Below are positions 29,066 through 39,216 of a stretch of DNA of 64,000 nucleotides, in pieces. Each line of letters starts with the position of its first letter. Positions within the stretch are counted from its first letter, which is position 1. The position numbers were made by a program, and so were the translations under genes. The stretch spans positions 352,001-416,000 of the forward strand of contig CAWCUS010000006.1 in the NCBI GenBank assembly GCA_963798845.1, read 5' to 3'. Source of the DNA: an uncultured Gemmatimonadales bacterium. Lineage in GTDB: Bacteria; Gemmatimonadota; Gemmatimonadetes; Longimicrobiales; RSA9. Below the pieces are notes generated by a model. The model saw nothing but the letters and a program-made list of their open reading frames with translations. It did not search any database and was not told where the DNA came from.

Positions 29066-30388
29066 ATGAGCGACGGAGACGGTGAGCTGAGCGGGGCGGG
29101 GCGGATCGGTCGGCGCGTGGCCGTGGTGGCGGGGTGTCGCACGCCGTTCGCGAAATCGGGCACCGTGTTCAGGGACATGACGGCCATCGACCTGGGGACC
29201 CTGGCCGTGCGGGAGCTGCTCAACCGCGCCGAGCTCGAGGGGGACGACGTCGACGAGCTGGTCTACGGCACCGTCGTCCATTCCGTCCAGGCGCCGAACC
29301 TCGCCCGGGAGGTCAGCCTCCGTGCTGGCGTGTCCCCGAGCGTGCCGTCCTTCACCGTGAGCCGCGCGTGCGCCAGTGCGAACCAGGCGATCACTTCAGG
29401 CGCGGAGAAGATCGCGCTGGGTCAGGGCGAGGTGGTCATCGCCGGGGGTGCCGAGTCGCTCACGGACATCCCCATCATGGTGTCGAAGCCGCTCCGGGAC
29501 CGGCTGGTGGCGGCGTCGAAAGCCAGGACGATGGGTCAGCGTGCGAAAGCCTTCGCCGGATTCCGCCCCGGCGAGCTGGCGCCGATCACGCCCGCCATCG
29601 CCGAGCCGTCCACGGGCGAGACCATGGGCGACAGCGCGGAGCGGATGGCGAAGGAGAACGAGATCAGCCGGGAATCTCAGGACCGCTGGGCACTCCGGTC
29701 ACACGAGCTTGCCGCCAGAGGAACGGAGGACGGACGACTCACGGCCGAGATCGTGCCCGTCTACATCCCACCCCGCTACGACGAGGTAGTGGACGCGGAC
29801 AACGGGATCCGCACCGACACCAGCCTGGAGAAGCTCGCCTCGCTTCGCCCCGTGTTCGACCGGAAGTACGGCAGCGTGACCGCGGGCAACTCGTCGCCGC
29901 TGACCGACGGCGCATCCGCCGTGCTGCTCATGAGCGAGGAGCGGGCGAAAGCGGAGGGCCGCGCGCCGCTCGGCTACATCCGCAGCTGGGCGTACGCCGC
30001 GCTCGCGCCATCCGACCAGCTTCTCCAGGGCCCCGCTTTCGCCGTTCCGCGCGCACTCGACCGCGCCGGGGTGACCATGCAGGACATCGAGCTCTGGGAG
30101 ATGCACGAGGCGTTCGCCGCCCAGGTGCTGTCGAACCTGCAGTGGCTCGATTCGGACACCTTCGCGCGGGAGCGTCTGGGCCGGTCCTCCAGGGTTGGGA
30201 TCATCGACGAGGAGCGGATCAACGTCATGGGCGGAAGCATCGCGATCGGCCACCCCTTCGGAGCGACGGGCGGCCGGCTCACGGTCACGCTGCTGAACGA
30301 GATGAAGAGGCGGGGTGCCGGGATCGGCCTGATCAGCGTGTGCGCGGCCGGCGCGCTCGGCTTCGCCATGGTCCTCGAGCGCGACTGA
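29066..30388 (+). CDS. fadI: Acetyl-CoA C-acyltransferase (thiolase, FadI type)
   Basis: RACASA, HEAFAAQ, GHPFGATG and CAAG motifs. Confidence 0.88.
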   Translation: MSDGDGELSGAGRIGRRVAVVAGCRTPFAKSGTVFRDMTAIDLGTLAVRELLNRAELEGDDVDELVYGTVVHSVQAPNLAREVSLRAGVSPSVPSFTVSRACASANQAITSGAEKIALGQGEVVIAGGAESLTDIPIMVSKPLRDRLVAASKARTMGQRAKAFAGFRPGELAPITPAIAEPSTGETMGDSAERMAKENEISRESQDRWALRSHELAARGTEDGRLTAEIVPVYIPPRYDEVVDADNGIRTDTSLEKLASLRPVFDRKYGSVTAGNSSPLTDGASAVLLMSEERAKAEGRAPLGYIRSWAYAALAPSDQLLQGPAFAVPRALDRAGVTMQDIELWEMHEAFAAQVLSNLQWLDSDTFARERLGRSSRVGIIDEERINVMGGSIAIGHPFGATGGRLTVTLLNEMKRRGAGIGLISVCAAGALGFAMVLERD

Positions 30389-30418
30389 CCGCACCGGGCA
30401 GGGGCCAGGGCGTCCGCC

Positions 30419-31354
30419 TCACCTCGTCGAAATGACCCGGCGCAGCGTGCGCCACGCGATCAGGGCGCGGCGGGCACCGTAGTCGGGACCCCAGGAGCCA
30501 TCCGGCTGCTGCGTGGAGGTCAGGAGCCGGGCTCCGCTCCAGAGCGCCCGCCGCGTGTGCTCGGGCGCGATGCCGGCGTCGGCGGCGGCCAGGAGCGCCT
30601 CCAGCGCCTGGAAGGCGTCGGTCTCCACCCAGCTTCCGTCCCCGCGCTGCTTCGCCGCGACCAGCCGCAGTCCCCGCTCGCCCGTGGCACGGTCTTCCGA
30701 CACGGGCGAGAGAACAAGGGCGTGGACGGCGGCGAGCAGCGACGTGTTGGTCAGCCCCGGAGGCTGCGTCCGCTCCCACGCCGTGACGAGGGTGCGCAGG
30801 CCCCGGAGATGCAAACGCGAATCGGGACCGTCGTCGCCCCAGGCGAGGAGTGCCCGCAGCGCTGTGGTTGAAGCGAAGAATCGGACTTCCGAGTCACCCG
30901 CCAGCAGCCCCCCGCTCGGCGTCCTCGCCTCGGCGTAGACCACTTCGGGCGGGCCCGCGGAGAAGAAGCCGCCAAGGAAATGGTGACAGAGCGCCATCTC
31001 GTGCCGCTCCGGTGTGCACCCATCGCTCCAGGCCCCTGCCGCGCCGCGTCTCTGGCGAAGCCAGTCGAGCGCGCGCCCCACGGCCGGGTCGCGCTCGACG
31101 AGGCCGGCGGCGCTGCGCAGCTCCTGGATCAGGAGGAGCGCGCCGGCCGTGTCCAGGAGCTCACCGCCCCACGAAGACGACGGCTCCTGCTCGTCGAGCA
31201 GGCGTTGGACCCAGCGGCGCGCAGCCGCGGGATCGGCCGCGGTGGCGGCGTCATGGCCGGTAAGGCAGGCGGCGATCACGCTTTCGGGGGTGTCGTGCTC
31301 GGCGAGCCAGGCGCCCACCCCATCGATCGCGAGCCGGACGGCATCGGCCGTCAC
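30419..31354 (-). CDS. Hypothetical protein with prenyltransferase/squalene-cyclase-like QW repeats
   Basis: QEPSSSWGG, QRGDGSW and QQPDGSWG motifs; predicted helical. Confidence 0.6.
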   Translation of the reverse strand: MTADAVRLAIDGVGAWLAEHDTPESVIAACLTGHDAATAADPAAARRWVQRLLDEQEPSSSWGGELLDTAGALLLIQELRSAAGLVERDPAVGRALDWLRQRRGAAGAWSDGCTPERHEMALCHHFLGGFFSAGPPEVVYAEARTPSGGLLAGDSEVRFFASTTALRALLAWGDDGPDSRLHLRGLRTLVTAWERTQPPGLTNTSLLAAVHALVLSPVSEDRATGERGLRLVAAKQRGDGSWVETDAFQALEALLAAADAGIAPEHTRRALWSGARLLTSTQQPDGSWGPDYGARRALIAWRTLRRVISTR

Positions 31355-32553
31355 GACAGGAAACGGCGGATGGCGGCCAGCAGCACCACGTGCGCGCGTC
31401 GAATCTCCTCCACCGGCGCGGATTCATCCGCGGAGTGGGCGTCCCCGATGCTGCCCGGCCCGAAGCAGAGGGCGGGAGTGCCGGAGTGGTTGAACAGGTC
31501 GGCTTCCACCCACGCGCTCATGCCCTCTATGCGCGGCTCGATTCCACCGGCGGACAGCGCAGACTCCAGCACGCGCACCAGCTCATGGTCCTCCTCGATC
31601 TGGCTCCCGGGCTGGTGGAGGACCACGGAGACTTCCGCTCTCAGCGAAGGCACGTCGGTGCGGAGCTCCGCGAGCAGGTACTCCACCTCCGAAGCGACCG
31701 CCGCCTCTGTCTCGCCGGGCAACATTCTCCGCTCCAGCGTGAGACAGCAGGAGTCAGGGTAGACCGATGCCGCGCTGCCGCCCCGAATGGTGCCCGCGTG
31801 AATGGAGCCGTGACCGAGGAGCGGGTGGGCGGAGCGGCGGGAGAGCGTGGTCTCGATCTCGTCGAGGCGCGCCAGGAAGAGTCCGGCGTGGCGAATGGCA
31901 TCCACGCCTCGCTCCGGTCGAGAGCCGTGGGCGGCCTGGCCGCGGAAATCCACCTGGATCCACGCAAATCCCTTGTGCGCCGGCATGATGGCGAGCCCCG
32001 TCGGCTCGCACACGATCGCGCCGTCCGCCGCGAGCCCTTCCTCCAGGAGGCGACGACAGCCGACGGCCGCCTCCTCCTCGTCGGCCGTGAGCACCACCGT
32101 CAATCTCCCGCGGATCCCGGTCCCGCCGTCCGACGGCTCGCGCGCTGCGTCGCGCGCTGCCGCGAGGGCGGCGGCAACCCCGCCCTTCATATCCGCTGCG
32201 CCCCTCCCCCACAACCTCCCGTCCCGCAGGTCCCCGCTGAACGCAGGAACGGTCATCGCGGCCACGCCCACGGTGTCGAGGTGGCCGCTGAGGATCAACG
32301 ACCGCCCCGCTCCTCGCTCGAGCGTGCCCACAACGCTGTAGCGCTCGGTTGGGGCCTCCACGAGTCGCACCCGGTACCCCCACTGGTCCAGCCAGGACGC
32401 CGCCAACCGGGCGATCTTCGCTTCCCCCGCGCCGTCCTCTTCCAGTCCCGGGTTCACGGATGGCACCTGGACGAGGGCCCGGGCCAGCTCCACCACGTCC
32501 TGTGGCGCGGCCGCAATCTGGTGTGGAGATTCTACATCTTTTCGCGCTGCCAT
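31351..32553 (-). CDS. ArgE/DapE family (M20A) deacylase
   Basis: SGHLDTV, GRGAADMKGG, DEE, CEPT and AHSADE motifs. Confidence 0.9.
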   Translation of the reverse strand: MAARKDVESPHQIAAAPQDVVELARALVQVPSVNPGLEEDGAGEAKIARLAASWLDQWGYRVRLVEAPTERYSVVGTLERGAGRSLILSGHLDTVGVAAMTVPAFSGDLRDGRLWGRGAADMKGGVAAALAAARDAAREPSDGGTGIRGRLTVVLTADEEEAAVGCRRLLEEGLAADGAIVCEPTGLAIMPAHKGFAWIQVDFRGQAAHGSRPERGVDAIRHAGLFLARLDEIETTLSRRSAHPLLGHGSIHAGTIRGGSAASVYPDSCCLTLERRMLPGETEAAVASEVEYLLAELRTDVPSLRAEVSVVLHQPGSQIEEDHELVRVLESALSAGGIEPRIEGMSAWVEADLFNHSGTPALCFGPGSIGDAHSADESAPVEEIRRAHVVLLAAIRRFLS

Positions 32554-32658
32554 GCGGTCATCCCCGGGCGACATCGCGACCAAAATCCGGCGGCATTATT
32601 CTTGATCCTGAGACCCAGCGAGCCCCGCGAACCGGGAGGGAATATCCGTACCATCAAT

Positions 32659-32805
32659 GTGAGTCTGCTGGCCATGGCCGCGCTGGCGGCGGGGTACCTG
32701 CTGAACCGGATCCGCCGCCCCGAGCCCGAGCCCCTCGGACCGAGAATCCAGAGCGAGTCCGAGGGCCAGGTCTCGCTGGAAAAGCTGCGCGCCGCAGGCT
32801 TCTAG
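32659..32805 (+). CDS. Small membrane-anchored hypothetical protein
   Basis: Hydrophobic N-terminus followed by a charged tail ending SLEKLRAAGF; fills the intergenic gap. Start uncertain. Confidence 0.5.
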   Translation: MSLLAMAALAAGYLLNRIRRPEPEPLGPRIQSESEGQVSLEKLRAAGF

Positions 32806-32834
32806 ACGCCGATCCTCCCCGATGCCGGAACGTC

Positions 32835-33314
32835 CTACGACGAATGGTCGTGGACGATCTCCCACCTCTCCCCTGCCTTCAGGAAGGTGAGGGAGAAGCT
32901 CCCCGTTGCGTTCTGCTCCCCCGAGTCCCGGTCGTACAACACGTAGTGCCCGAAGGCGATCGCCATCGTCGGCGCGACGCGTCGGACGTCCAGGTCCTCG
33001 TAGCGCAGGCCGTCACGCGGAGCGCCGTCACGCCAGTAAGCCGTCTGGTAAACCGCGCGGATCGCGTCGCGGCCATGGACGAGGCCGCGGGACGTGACGA
33101 AGGTGGCGTCCTCCGCGTAGTCGCCCACGAACGCGTCCAGATCGCCCCGGTTCCATGCGGCGGCGGAGCCCGTCATGATCTTCGTGATCCGGGCCGCGGT
33201 GTCGTCCTGGGGAGACGGCGCGGCGGCCGGCGGGGCATGCGCGCACGCGCCGGCCGCCAGGAGGCAGGGCGCGACGATCGCGAGCCTAATCGAAGAACGC
33301 GCGGTTCTTCTCAA
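32835..33314 (-). CDS. NTF2/SnoaL-like (DUF4440-type) lipoprotein
   Basis: [10 protein letters not shown]...WEIVHDHSS, with lipobox-like AGAC. TTG start inferred. Confidence 0.75.
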   Translation of the reverse strand: MRRTARSSIRLAIVAPCLLAAGACAHAPPAAAPSPQDDTAARITKIMTGSAAAWNRGDLDAFVGDYAEDATFVTSRGLVHGRDAIRAVYQTAYWRDGAPRDGLRYEDLDVRRVAPTMAIAFGHYVLYDRDSGEQNATGSFSLTFLKAGERWEIVHDHSS

Positions 33315-33519
33315 TGTAGTTGGTCCATTCCGGGGGAACGTCGGTGTCCGGGAAGATCGCGGTAACCGGGCACTCGGGCTCGCACGCGCCGCAGTCAATG
33401 CACTCGTCCGGGTGGATGTAGTACTGGTCCTCGCCTTCGTAGATGCAGTCCACCGGGCACACTTCGACGCAGCTCGCGTCCTTGGTCCCGATGCACGGCT
33501 CGGCGATCACATATGGCAT
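33286..33519 (-). CDS. Dicluster (7Fe/8Fe-type) ferredoxin
   Basis: [17 protein letters not shown] and [15 protein letters not shown] follows GGAGG. Confidence 0.95.
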   Translation of the reverse strand: MPYVIAEPCIGTKDASCVEVCPVDCIYEGEDQYYIHPDECIDCGACEPECPVTAIFPDTDVPPEWTNYIEKNRAFFD

Positions 33520-33601
33520 TCTGCTTCCTCCAACTGCTTCCGTAGCGGGAGCCAAAATAGTGCACGGAGTATCAAGCCGTTGCAAGTGCCGGGCGCGCGC
33601 A

Positions 33602-34153
33602 TCAGTCGCGCGGCCGCCACGGTGTTTCGGCGGCTCCGTCCCGGTGGTTCGCCAGCCGCGCCAGCTCGAACAGGAGGTCCGAGAGCCGATTCAGATAAAC
33701 CAGGATTGCGGGCTCCACCTCTTCGGACTCCGCCAGCAGCACCACCGCGCGCTCGGCCCGCCGACAGATGGTCCGCGCCACGTGGAGCGCGGCCCCCGTG
33801 GGGGCGCCGCCCGGTAGGATGAAGGACCGTAGCGGCTCGAGCTCCTCTTCCGCGGCGTCCATCCATGCCTCGAACTCGGCGGGCCGCGCACCGGGCAGCG
33901 GAGGAACGTGAGCACCGGCGCGCGCGCCAACCGGCGTGGCGAGGTGCGCACCGAGTGAGAACAGGTCTTCCTGCACGCCGGACAGGCGCGTGTGGAGATC
34001 CGGGTCGTCGGCCTGGGCGAGCACCCAGCCGAGCGCGGCGTTCAGCTCGTCCACGTCTCCGTACGCCGCCACGCGAGCGCTGGACTTGCGCACGCGTCCA
34101 CCGCCGAAAAGGCCCGTTTCCCCCCCGTCGCCCGTCCGCGTGTAGATCTTCAT
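33602..34153 (-). CDS. Cob(I)alamin adenosyltransferase, PduO type
   Basis: [26 protein letters not shown] and YLNRLSD motifs. Confidence 0.93.
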   Translation of the reverse strand: MKIYTRTGDGGETGLFGGGRVRKSSARVAAYGDVDELNAALGWVLAQADDPDLHTRLSGVQEDLFSLGAHLATPVGARAGAHVPPLPGARPAEFEAWMDAAEEELEPLRSFILPGGAPTGAALHVARTICRRAERAVVLLAESEEVEPAILVYLNRLSDLLFELARLANHRDGAAETPWRPRD

Positions 34154-35100
34154 CCGCTCTTTCCCTCCCGGTCCGTGGCAGGCTCCAGCAGCTCGATCGA
34201 TCCGGCGTCTGCGTCCAGGCGCGCCCGGACGCCCATGGGCAGCGTCCAGTTTTCCCGACCGTGGCCGAACGGCAGCCCGATCACTGCCGGTATCCCGCGG
34301 GGTCGCAGGATCTCGTCGACCAGCTCCGCGAGCGCGACCCACGGGTCGCCACCGGAACTGGATCCGTCACCGGCGGTGATCCCCGTGAACTCGCCGAGTG
34401 CGACACCGGCCGCGCCGTCGAGGACGCCGGCGAGCTCGAGCTGCGCGAACATGCGATCGATCCTGTACAGCGGCTCACCGACGTCCTCGATGACCAGGAC
34501 AGCTCCGCGGGCGTCAGGCTGATACGGAGTGCCGCAGCTGGCGGCGAGGAGCGCGAGGTTGCCACCCACGAGGGGACCCTCGGCCACCCCGCTCGCCAGC
34601 GTCCTCGGGCGCGGCCACCCCGGCGGGACGGGCAGCAACCCGGCAGGCTCCCCGGCCATGACCACTCGCCGGAACACGGCTTCCGTGCACGAAGGGAAAT
34701 GGCGGAACCCCGCGTGCGGCCCGTGGAAGGAGGCGACGCCCAGGCGGCGCAGTGCGAGGTGGATGATGGTGTTGTCGCTGAATCCGATGACTGCCTTCGG
34801 ACGGTCGCGCAGGGGCGAGAGGTCCAGGTGGCGAAGCGTTCGCATCGCGCCGTAGCCGCCACGCAGCATCCAGATGGCGGCGGCCGGGCCGGCGATCGCG
34901 CGCTCGAAGTCCCTGGCCCGGAGGCGATCGGGACCGGCGAGGTATCCGAGGCGGCCGCGGGCGGCGTCGCCGGTGACGGGCTCCAGGCCGAGGCGACGGC
35001 AGCGGGAGACGGCCGTGCGGACGGCGGCGTCAGTGACGGGGCCTGCGGGCGCGATGAGCGCCACGCTGTCCCCGGGTCGCAGCGTCGGCGGGAGGATCAC
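34150..35100 (-). CDS. LD-carboxypeptidase (S66 family)
   Basis: RGGYG, GFSD, GGNL, EDVGE and FGHG motifs. Confidence 0.92.
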   Translation of the reverse strand: MILPPTLRPGDSVALIAPAGPVTDAAVRTAVSRCRRLGLEPVTGDAARGRLGYLAGPDRLRARDFERAIAGPAAAIWMLRGGYGAMRTLRHLDLSPLRDRPKAVIGFSDNTIIHLALRRLGVASFHGPHAGFRHFPSCTEAVFRRVVMAGEPAGLLPVPPGWPRPRTLASGVAEGPLVGGNLALLAASCGTPYQPDARGAVLVIEDVGEPLYRIDRMFAQLELAGVLDGAAGVALGEFTGITAGDGSSSGGDPWVALAELVDEILRPRGIPAVIGLPFGHGRENWTLPMGVRARLDADAGSIELLEPATDREGKSG

Positions 35101-35141
35101 GGGGCGAAGGTGTCATGCCCGGAGTCGCGGCGCCAGTCCGC

Positions 35142-37316
35142 TCAGAAGAGCGCGTCGAAGTATATGTCCGCACGCCACTGCCGGACCGGACGGATCGCCC
35201 GGGCGATGTCGATCCGCACGAGCCCGTCCAGCACGCTCCCCCCCACACCGACCGAGACGGCCACATCGGCGCTTTCGAAGTCGGCTCGGTCTCCCGCCCA
35301 GCCGGCGTCCGAGAACAGCGCCACGCGGGCGCCGGGGAAGTCGTTCGCCACCTCCAGCCGCGCGCGAGCGTAGTCGCGCCCGGCGAAAGCGCCCGCGGCG
35401 AACCCGCGCAGGGTCGGCGCCCCACCCAGGAACCAGCGCGCCTGCGGGGAGACGGATTCCGGCTCGTCGCCGGGGCCGAGCGTCGTGCCCCCACCCAGCT
35501 CGAGGGCGCCCATCAGCCGACCGGGCAGCGGCGCCCCTCCGTGCAGCGTCAGCCCTGGCCGGACGAAGTCGTACGTTCCGGTCTCGGCGGTGACGTCGAG
35601 CCAGGCGCCCCATCGGAAGCCGGTCGGGTCGAGGCCCCGGTCCGTGCCGAAGCCCAGGGCCATCCCGACCTGGTCGGCCGTTGCCGCGCCCGGCGCGTCG
35701 GCGAACACCCGCGACGTGTCGAACGCGTGGGGAACGCTGAAATCGGTCCCGGTGAAAACGGGTGCCTGATGCTCTCCGTACAGGCGCAGCCGGTAGTGCC
35801 CTTCGCCCACGGCCGGAGACAGGGTGAGCTCTGCTCCCGTCGCCGCGAAGTAGAGGCCATCATCCCGGCCGACGAGCAGCGCACCGAGTGAATTGGCGAT
35901 TCCGAAGGGCCTGAGCGCGGGCTCCGACGAGGCGAGGCGTCGGTACCCTGCGAGGCGCCAGGTCCGACGCAACGTCGGGAGCTGGAGGCCCAACTCGGCG
36001 CGCGGGACCAGGTCCGCCGTGCCGAGGCGGCCGGTCAGGTCGGCCTGGAGGCGTCCAAGGTCCCAGTCCACGCGCGCTCCGAGCGAGAGGCCCTCCACGC
36101 GATTGTACCGGACCAGGCCACTGCGCAGCGCCCAGGGCCAGCTGAACACCGGGCGCTCGAGGGCCCACGGAGCGGCGGGGATGAGATCGAGTCTCTCGCC
36201 CAGGTCGCGCAGGTCGGCCTCCGCGATCAGGGGTTGACCCTGCGTGAAGATGGACGGTGGCAGGAACTCACTCGTCAGGAGCGCCGAAGTGTCGTCCGGG
36301 ATGACGACGTCGTAGCCCCAGTACGGCTCCTTCTCGCGGGCACCCGGCACCCCGGCGAGCTTCAGCTTCAGGGGTGGCAGCTCGGGGAGCCCGAACCGGT
36401 CGGGCTCGACTTCATAGTCGGAGTAGGTGACCTCCAGGTCGAGAGGGAAGTGGGCGGCGCCCAGCTGGAGCGATCCGTCGAACGCCATGAGACGCGGCAG
36501 CCACCACCGCATTTCCCAGAGTCCATACTCCACGGTGATGTAGCGGATCTCGAAGCGGACGGGCTTGAGGATTCCCGGAATGTCGTCGGTGTCCTCGGCG
36601 TCGTCGGGGTCGAGGGTGCGCATGTCACGATCCAGATCGAAGTCCCGCGCCGGGCGGAACACCGCCTGCACGATGGCGTGGTCGTCCATCTCGATCCAGA
36701 ACGACCCCGTCACCAGCCTGATGTCGCGCCGGCGCGGAGTGACCCGCAGCTCCACGAGGCGGATCGAGCGCCCGTCCGGCAGCCGGATGACGGTGGTGTC
36801 CCCCGTCGCGTACCGGTACACGGACTCCCCGTTCCTCACGAGCGGGTGCCAAGCGAACCCATCCTCGTCGGGCGTCAGCCAGAGCCGATCGGCCCCGGGC
36901 TCGGGTATGAAGGACTGCGCCCAGTCCTCCAGGTCATCGGGGATCTGCACGCCGGGGATCGCCACCGGGATCGCCTCGCGTGCGCCCAGCACCTCCACGC
37001 GCGTCACCCCGTCCCGCCTCCAGTCCACGCGCTCTGCGCTCTCGCGTCGAAAGAGCAGGCGGTCCCGGCGGAGTGCCCTGAGGCCCACGGAAACGCGCTG
37101 GCGGACCAGGGCGCGGTAGCGGAACACAGACGCGTCGAACAGGCCCCGGTGCTCTCGCGCGAGCCGCACCAGCTCCCGCGTGGCCGCGTCCGCGTACGCC
37201 GTCGCCATCGCCGCGGAGTCGGGCGGCGGGAGCAGCGTGTCGGCAGGCGGGGCCGTCGCCCCGCCGACGGAGACGGAAGCAGTCTGGAGGAAGGCGAACA
37301 GCAGCGAAATGGCCAT
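35142..37316 (-). CDS. Exported protein with a C-terminal outer-membrane beta-barrel-like region
   Basis: Signal peptide, RYNRVEGLSLG motif, amphipathic beta strands and a C-terminal Phe. Confidence 0.65.
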   Translation of the reverse strand: MAISLLFAFLQTASVSVGGATAPPADTLLPPPDSAAMATAYADAATRELVRLAREHRGLFDASVFRYRALVRQRVSVGLRALRRDRLLFRRESAERVDWRRDGVTRVEVLGAREAIPVAIPGVQIPDDLEDWAQSFIPEPGADRLWLTPDEDGFAWHPLVRNGESVYRYATGDTTVIRLPDGRSIRLVELRVTPRRRDIRLVTGSFWIEMDDHAIVQAVFRPARDFDLDRDMRTLDPDDAEDTDDIPGILKPVRFEIRYITVEYGLWEMRWWLPRLMAFDGSLQLGAAHFPLDLEVTYSDYEVEPDRFGLPELPPLKLKLAGVPGAREKEPYWGYDVVIPDDTSALLTSEFLPPSIFTQGQPLIAEADLRDLGERLDLIPAAPWALERPVFSWPWALRSGLVRYNRVEGLSLGARVDWDLGRLQADLTGRLGTADLVPRAELGLQLPTLRRTWRLAGYRRLASSEPALRPFGIANSLGALLVGRDDGLYFAATGAELTLSPAVGEGHYRLRLYGEHQAPVFTGTDFSVPHAFDTSRVFADAPGAATADQVGMALGFGTDRGLDPTGFRWGAWLDVTAETGTYDFVRPGLTLHGGAPLPGRLMGALELGGGTTLGPGDEPESVSPQARWFLGGAPTLRGFAAGAFAGRDYARARLEVANDFPGARVALFSDAGWAGDRADFESADVAVSVGVGGSVLDGLVRIDIARAIRPVRQWRADIYFDALF

Positions 37317-37443
37317 CGGTGGTCCCTGGTGTCGGCGCCGGCGCTCACTCCTCTACGGGAGGGCGTCACGCCCGGTTTCGTGCTGGTCCGGCTCCTGCCC
37401 GGACCCTATGTTTCCCGTCGGCTTCCCTCGCGCCCCGATTGCT

Positions 37444-37857
37444 ATGATGGACGACCCGGCCCGTGAGAAGGTGAACGCCCTGTACTGGGAATCCGACGCG
37501 TCCGTGGCGGAGATCGCGGACAACCTCGGAATCTCGCGTCGCGCGCTCTACGAGACCATCGACCCCCGCCCCGCCGGCGCCCTCTGCCCTGCTTGCGGGG
37601 GCGACCTCCACTTCCGGAACCGGACGGCTGCCGAACGCCTCCGCCCCGAGTGCGCCGACTGTGGTGAGGAGACCACGCTCCCTGACGCTGCCGGGGCCGC
37701 CACCCGGACAGCGCCAACGCCGCCGTCACCGGTCCGGTCCGCACCGCGGTCCGTGCCCGGGATCTCACGGGACGTTCCAGGGGCGTGGGTGGGCGGCGCC
37801 ATGGTGACCGGCCTGGTGGTCGGGGCCGCGCTCGGGTACCTCCTGCGGCGCCACTGA
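37444..37857 (+). CDS. Hypothetical HTH + zinc-ribbon protein with a C-terminal TM anchor
   Basis: SVAEIADNLGISRRALY, CPACG..CADCG and a terminal hydrophobic helix. Confidence 0.65.
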   Translation: MMDDPAREKVNALYWESDASVAEIADNLGISRRALYETIDPRPAGALCPACGGDLHFRNRTAAERLRPECADCGEETTLPDAAGAATRTAPTPPSPVRSAPRSVPGISRDVPGAWVGGAMVTGLVVGAALGYLLRRH

Positions 37858-37866
37858 GGCACGGCT

Positions 37867-39213
37867 TTGGCCGAGGCCGCCGGCGAATTCGGCGAAGCGC
37901 TCCCCACCCTCGCCACGGAAATCCCCGGTCCGCGCTCCCGCGCCCTCGGCCGGCGGCTCCGGAGCGTGGAGAGCCGCAACATCACGCGCATCGACGAGGC
38001 CGGGCCCATCTTCTGGGCGGAGGCCGCGGGCGCGAACGTGCGCGATGTGGACGGGAACGAGTTCGTCGACCTCACCGCGGGCTTCGGCGTGGCCGCTGCC
38101 GGCCACCGGAACGGCAGGGTTGCCCGGGCCGCGGCCGCGCAGCTCGGCCGCCTCGTCCACGCCATGGGCGACGTTCACCCGGCGGAAGCCAAGGTGCTGC
38201 TCCTGGAGCGCCTCGCCGCGCTGACACCGGGCGACCTGCGCGTGGGCATCCTCGGAACCGACGGCTCCGACGCCGTGGAGGCCGCCCTGAAGACGGCGGC
38301 CCTCGCCACTGGCCGCCCGGGCGTGGTGGCGTTCGAGGGGGCATACCACGGGCTGGGGTACGGCGCCCTCGCGGCCACGCACGCTGCGCCCTTCCGTGAA
38401 CCGTTCGCCCGACAGCTGTACGGCGGCGTCCGCTTCGCACCCTATCCTGCGCGTCAGCGCGATGCCGCCGATGCCGCCTCCACGGAGCGAGCGCTGGAAG
38501 AGGTCGAGCGCCACATACGGAGCGGGCGAAGCGGTGAGGATGCCGTGGGCGCGGTCATGGTCGAGCCCGTGCTGGGCCGTGGCGGGATCGTGGTGCCGCC
38601 CCCCGACTTTCTCCCCGGGTTGCGAACGCTGTGCAGCGACATGGATGTCGTGCTCGTTGTCGACGAGATCTACACGGGCCTCGGACGCACCGGGCGGTGG
38701 TTCGCCTGTGAGCACACGGGTGTGGTGCCCGACCTGCTCGTGCTGGGTAAATCCCTGGCCGGCGGTCTCCCGCTCAGCTGCGTGGTCGGGCGTCCCGAGA
38801 TCATGGACGCGTGGCCGCGGTCCACGGGCGAGGCGATCCACACGTCCACCTTCCTCGGACACCCGGTGGCGTGCGCCGCCGCGCTGGCCAACCTCGACGA
38901 GATCGAAACGCACGCGCTGGTCGCCCGCTCTGCCGCGCTCGGCGACCGGCTGGCCGGCTGGCTTTCCGATCTTGCGGAGCGCGTGCCGGGCGCCGGGCCT
39001 GAGCGGGGCCTGGGCCTGATGCGCGCGCTTCCGCTCGACGCGGGGCCGCAGCTCGCCGGCGCCCGCGCCGCGCGGGCCGTGCACGGTGCTCTTCGCCGCG
39101 GTGTGATCGTGTTGCCGGAAGGTGATGCGCTGGCGCTCACCCCGCCGCTCACGATCACGGAGCGACAGCTGCGGCATGCGCTGGGCGTCATCGAGGACGT
39201 GCTGGCGCGGTGA
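37867..39213 (+). CDS. Class III PLP aminotransferase (GABA-aminotransferase-like)
   Basis: DVDGNEFVDL, GSDAVEAALK, DEIYTGLGRTG and GKSLAGG motifs. Confidence 0.9.
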   Translation: MAEAAGEFGEALPTLATEIPGPRSRALGRRLRSVESRNITRIDEAGPIFWAEAAGANVRDVDGNEFVDLTAGFGVAAAGHRNGRVARAAAAQLGRLVHAMGDVHPAEAKVLLLERLAALTPGDLRVGILGTDGSDAVEAALKTAALATGRPGVVAFEGAYHGLGYGALAATHAAPFREPFARQLYGGVRFAPYPARQRDAADAASTERALEEVERHIRSGRSGEDAVGAVMVEPVLGRGGIVVPPPDFLPGLRTLCSDMDVVLVVDEIYTGLGRTGRWFACEHTGVVPDLLVLGKSLAGGLPLSCVVGRPEIMDAWPRSTGEAIHTSTFLGHPVACAAALANLDEIETHALVARSAALGDRLAGWLSDLAERVPGAGPERGLGLMRALPLDAGPQLAGARAARAVHGALRRGVIVLPEGDALALTPPLTITERQLRHALGVIEDVLAR

Positions 39214-39216
39214 GGC

